Assembly: GCA_002245135.1 (NCBI GenBank)
Contig: NGBS01000880.1
Coordinates: 1 to 64,000, forward strand
Length of the DNA stretch: 64,000 nt
DNA from: Proteromonas lacertae
Taxonomy: Eukaryota
Direction: 5' to 3'
The position numbers and the translations under genes are program-made. The notes under the pieces are model-generated. The model was not told the DNA's origin. It made no database searches and saw nothing but the letters and a program-made list of their open reading frames with translations. Shown here piece by piece: positions 60,284-64,000 of this stretch (positions within the stretch are counted from its first letter, which is position 1; each line of letters begins with the position of its first letter).

Positions 60284-62707
60284 ATGTTCCATTATAATAA
60301 TATAGTACCTCCTAATAAACGACAAAATAATGAGATAGATCATCCAGATCCAAATAATTATCCTTCAGTAAATCAAAATCCTCCCAATTTAGATCAGAAT
60401 ATTGCATATAAAGGACTTAATTTAGCTACAAATCCAAGATTTATTGCAGCACAACAGAGAGTGCCTATAGGACCAGGTATAAGTGATATGGGAAGATTGT
60501 ATGAAGTTCCTACTGATAAAAGAACTATATTTTTAAATGCACATAAAAGACCTTTTGATCCTCGTATTACAAATGGACATTCATCAGTATTTCGTAATGA
60601 CTTTTTGACAGTTATAACTCAAGGTACTATGAACAATAATGATGCTGGAGTTTATCCTATTGATAATGAATTCACACACGTAAATGTTGTACCAACTACT
60701 TTCCAAACAAAATAAGATTGGCATTTATTCAGAAAAGCAGTAGAAAAAATAATTATGAGGCAAGCAGATTGTAATTATTGGTTGTTTTACATATATCAAA
60801 AATTAGATTATTACAGATTCGATGGTACACAATCAGTAGATGGTGATAATGCTTATGTTGAGGATTTGAGGATTGGTACTTATGGAAGTGAATTTTTCAG
60901 AAAGTTAGATTTTGGATTAGTTTACGATAGATTCTACAGATTTATTAATAAAGTATTTGTTCCTACAATTAAATTATGGAAAAATGATGCTTATTTGAAT
61001 TAAAAAAAGAATGTAGCATGTTATGCTATCCATAATATGATGTATATGGTGGTAAGACATTTAGTAACTATAAGAGAATATTATGAAAGTTTGTTTCCCA
61101 AAAGAGAGTTAAATCAAAAAAGGCAAAGAAGAGATCCTGCTCAATTAAGAATTGATTTTGAGAAGATATTAAATCATAATTTTAATGTGCCTAACACTCC
61201 AGAATATGCAAGAGCATTAGGAGCAAAATGGAATCAAAACACTGTTAATGCTCAAGATAATCAAAGAAATAGACAACAACAATTTGACGATCAAGCAAAT
61301 CATTATGGACAAAATTGGTGGACTCCACATTGGTGGACAAATATGAATAATGCTCAACAAAATATTCCTAATAATAACAATAGAGATGCTCTATATGTTC
61401 CAGCTACAACAAAGGAAAAATTACATTATCTTAAATACAAACTTATATCCTTTGCTAGGAAATTTCTTTTATGTAAACTTATATTTGCTCAAGATCAAAA
61501 TGAATTAACTACATTAGCTATGCATGCTATAGTAAAAACAAAAGTAGGAATGATAGTGTATATTACAAAGATGATAAGTAATTTAGATATATCTGTAAAT
61601 CAAGTTCCAGGAAGGAGAGTAGCAAATCCTATAGATATTCCTAATTTCAGTTTAGATTATGAGTTTGATGATAGAGTATATAGAAGATATCCTTATCGTT
61701 TATATGGATCTATGAGAGTAACTGATAAAGCTGTTAATGATAATCCTCATAATTATCCTAAACCAAGAATATATATTGGAAATCCTTTAGATTGCCCTTA
61801 TTTCAGAGAAGCATCATATACAGGAGCTTGGTACTGGTATCCTACAATTCCTAGATATGTGGATACTCAATTAGGAGGTAGAGAATATCATAATTTATCT
61901 GATAATCAACATGCAAATACATGGAGGAGAGCTGCAGAGGAAAACTATAGAAGCATTAGAGAAGACTTAGAAAATCTGAATAAACAAGGATCTAAAAGAT
62001 TAGCAGGAGGATATTATGGTGGTGCAAGAAGAGGTGATATCAATACAACGCCAGTTAACACAAATCCCCAATATTTACATAATATTTTTGAAGATTATCA
62101 AATTAATCCAGAAGAGAATAGAATGACTATAGATAAAAAGGAAAGAGCTAGTTTAGATGAAGCAGAAGAAACTCAAGTAGATCAAGATGTTACAAATGAT
62201 GTTAGTAATAATTGGCAACCACAAGAATCACATTATACTAAAGAATTAGATAAGAGTGAAATGCTTAAAACAGCACAAAGAACAGATAATGATGATTCTA
62301 AAGCCTCTTTAGAAAATGATAACATTAATATTCAACCTCCAGAAGAACAAGCTCGTCCACCGCCTCCTCCTCCAGTGCAAGTTAATGAAGATGATGATAT
62401 TCTTCCTACAACAGTTAAAAGAGGAAGAGTAGATGATGACAATAATGAAGATGTTCAAGAAAATAAAAAGAGAAGAATAGTTTATAATGATGAAGGAGAT
62501 GTTATCCGAGATGATGTAAATGGTAATGAACAAATAGATGATAATGATCAAATGGATGAAGATGATGATTTAGATGATCCTAATATCCAACCTCAAGATG
62601 TATTCGCAGAAGAGGATAATAGACAAAAAAGAAAACGAAGTGAAGCTGTTTTTGATGAGGATGATGTAAATGAAGAACCAATAAAAAGAGTTAAAATAAA
62701 ACATTAA
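60284..62707 (+). pseudogene. Large (~807-codon) hypothetical viral protein with two in-frame TAA stops
   Basis: ORFs 60284, 60755 and 61037 are one frame broken only at 60713 and 61001. Confidence 0.75.
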
Positions 62708-62713
62708 TTATTA

Positions 62714-63211
62714 TTATATTTTTCTAAACTTGTTGGCTAATAACCTTGCTCTTTCCTCTCCTTTTACTTTATTGAAATTTGTTGCATCAACGAATGATAG
62801 GTTATGCAATAAAATATCTCTTAAAAATAAAATAGCATGATATCCACAAGTGGACGTTGTTATCCTTTGATTAACAACTCCATTTATTTTCAGCTTATAA
62901 TCTTGTTGAGGATCTGCTTTAAGATGCTTGATATACTTAACAAAGGACTTGGTATGTTCTGGCTTTTCTCCAAAACTATCATAATAAAGGAATTGATGTT
63001 TATCATTATCAATTACCAAACTTACCCAATGACCAATCTTTTCAGGAGGATCCTTCCTCTTCAAAGTACATATTATTACTCCCCACTTATTCAAATCCAG
63101 TTTAGGAATACTCTTGATTTCATCCCATAAAAATACTCCCCCAAATCTACTTAACATTTCAGGAAAGTTTGATTTTATTACTTTAGGAATATCATAGTTA
63201 GATAAAGCCAT
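62714..63211 (-). CDS. Adenain/Ulp1-like (clan CE) maturation cysteine protease
   Basis: GHWVSL (His), YYDSFG (Asp), NQ....STCGYHA (Gln, Cys). Confidence 0.92.
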   Translation of the reverse strand: MALSNYDIPKVIKSNFPEMLSRFGGVFLWDEIKSIPKLDLNKWGVIICTLKRKDPPEKIGHWVSLVIDNDKHQFLYYDSFGEKPEHTKSFVKYIKHLKADPQQDYKLKINGVVNQRITTSTCGYHAILFLRDILLHNLSFVDATNFNKVKGEERARLLANKFRKI

Positions 63212-63357
63212 ATCATATGGTTTCTTGGATTTTTCACCATGTCCATATACTCTGTTATTAGTAAAGCATAAACGTAGTTCATCCTAAAAATTGCAAGAAA
63301 ATGAGAAATGAATTCATTTTTAATTTTCTATTCATATTTGAAAACAATCAATCACAT

Positions 63358-63750
63358 ATGAGTGTTTTAGGTGGGCGTAAACGACGTTATCGAAGAGGTA
63401 GATCCGTTTCAAGAAGAGGACGAAGAGGAAGATCAAGTGGAAGGTACAAGTTTGGCTTGATGGGTAAACTTATAAGACATGAAGTACCGAATACAATGTT
63501 TCGAGGATTGAAGAAAGGAAAAGGAAAAGTAACTGAAGTTGCAAGCAAAGCTTTAGATATCATGAAGGTATTAGGGTTAGGAAAAGTAAGAGGAGGAATA
63601 AGATTTGGTGTAAATGGAGGTAGAAGACGTAGAAGAAGAGGCAGTCGAGCAAGAAGACATAGACATCGTACATACTGTATAAAAGGAGGAGCGCATACAA
63701 GTATTCCTATGAAATTAAATAATTTCCTTTTAAGTAAAATCTCATCTTAA
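63358..63750 (+). CDS. Arg-rich core (pVII/mu-like) precursor
   Basis: Poly-Arg tracts; VLGG, KKGK|G, VLGL|G, VRGG, VNGG, IKGG sites; divergent from the protease. Confidence 0.7.
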   Translation: MSVLGGRKRRYRRGRSVSRRGRRGRSSGRYKFGLMGKLIRHEVPNTMFRGLKKGKGKVTEVASKALDIMKVLGLGKVRGGIRFGVNGGRRRRRRGSRARRHRHRTYCIKGGAHTSIPMKLNNFLLSKISS

Positions 63751-63790
63751 ATTTTTATTATTATTTTTATTTTTGTTTTTCTATATAAAA

Positions 63791-64000
63791 ATGAATCCAT
63801 ATTACAATAACAATAGAAATCAATCATATTATCAGAATTACGATGATGGATTTTATGATGATTATTACGATGATGATGACTATTTATCTAAAAGTGCTCA
63901 AATAGACTTACAAATACTAAGTCAATTACAAGGATTGAACAGTGCATTTCAAACAGCATCTACTGCTCCTAGGAGAAAGCTTACATCAGAACAATATAAG
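63791..64000 (+). CDS. Start of a further viral ORF running off the window
   Basis: ATG at 63791 (MNPYYNNNRNQ...), open to the window end. Confidence 0.55.
   Translation, partial: MNPYYNNNRNQSYYQNYDDGFYDDYYDDDDYLSKSAQIDLQILSQLQGLNSAFQTASTAPRRKLTSEQYK

Larger units (their letters stand above)
53500..64000. mobile_element. Endogenous Polinton-like virus/Maverick, element 2 (continues past the window end)
   Basis: Integrase, ATPase, core proteins, MCP, minor capsid and adenain-like protease in a compact block. Confidence 0.9.

Noticed and set aside
54517..62707. Alternative genetic code (TAA/TAG = Gln) suggested by in-frame stops
   Set aside because: Many 300-500 aa ORFs have no internal TAA and end in TAA; the ATPase stop at 56697 aligns with Tyr, not Gln; TGA stops also interrupt frames
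20515..63130. Short antisense or overlapping ORFs (e.g. 20515, 24592, 25770, 26851, 28329, 30035, 32855, 54055, 57676, 58592, 62309, 62837)
   Set aside because: Shadows of real genes on the other strand or frame, with no motifs
1..64000. CRISPR array, rRNA or tRNA genes
   Set aside because: No regularly spaced repeat-spacer array or recognisable structural RNA seen by eye

Overview
Very AT-rich eukaryotic (protist-like) DNA in the standard genetic code, with tiny 28-32 nt GT-AG introns. It has three interleaved layers. (1) Two related but diverged endogenous Polinton-like/Maverick viruses (~20.2-37.8 kb and ~53.5 kb to beyond the window end). Each has a minor capsid, major capsid, packaging ATPase, rve integrase and Arg-rich core proteins carrying adenain-type cleavage sites followed by adenovirus-pVI-like amphipathic helices. 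The second also has an adenain-like protease. Scrambled, more GC-rich relics (pPolB N-terminus, ATPase fragment) point to a third element. (2) Compact clusters of glycan-modifying genes (fucosyl-, galactosyl-, GT77-like, GT-D, AT3-SGNH acyltransferase, FkbM), partly duplicated and decaying. (3) DNA transposons: Tc1/IS630 DD34E, hAT with 8-bp TSD, and a 640-bp palindromic TGT...ACA MITE with a 5-bp TSD. The first 6.6 kb is one giant inverted repeat. All protein family calls come from motif recognition by eye; no searches were run.
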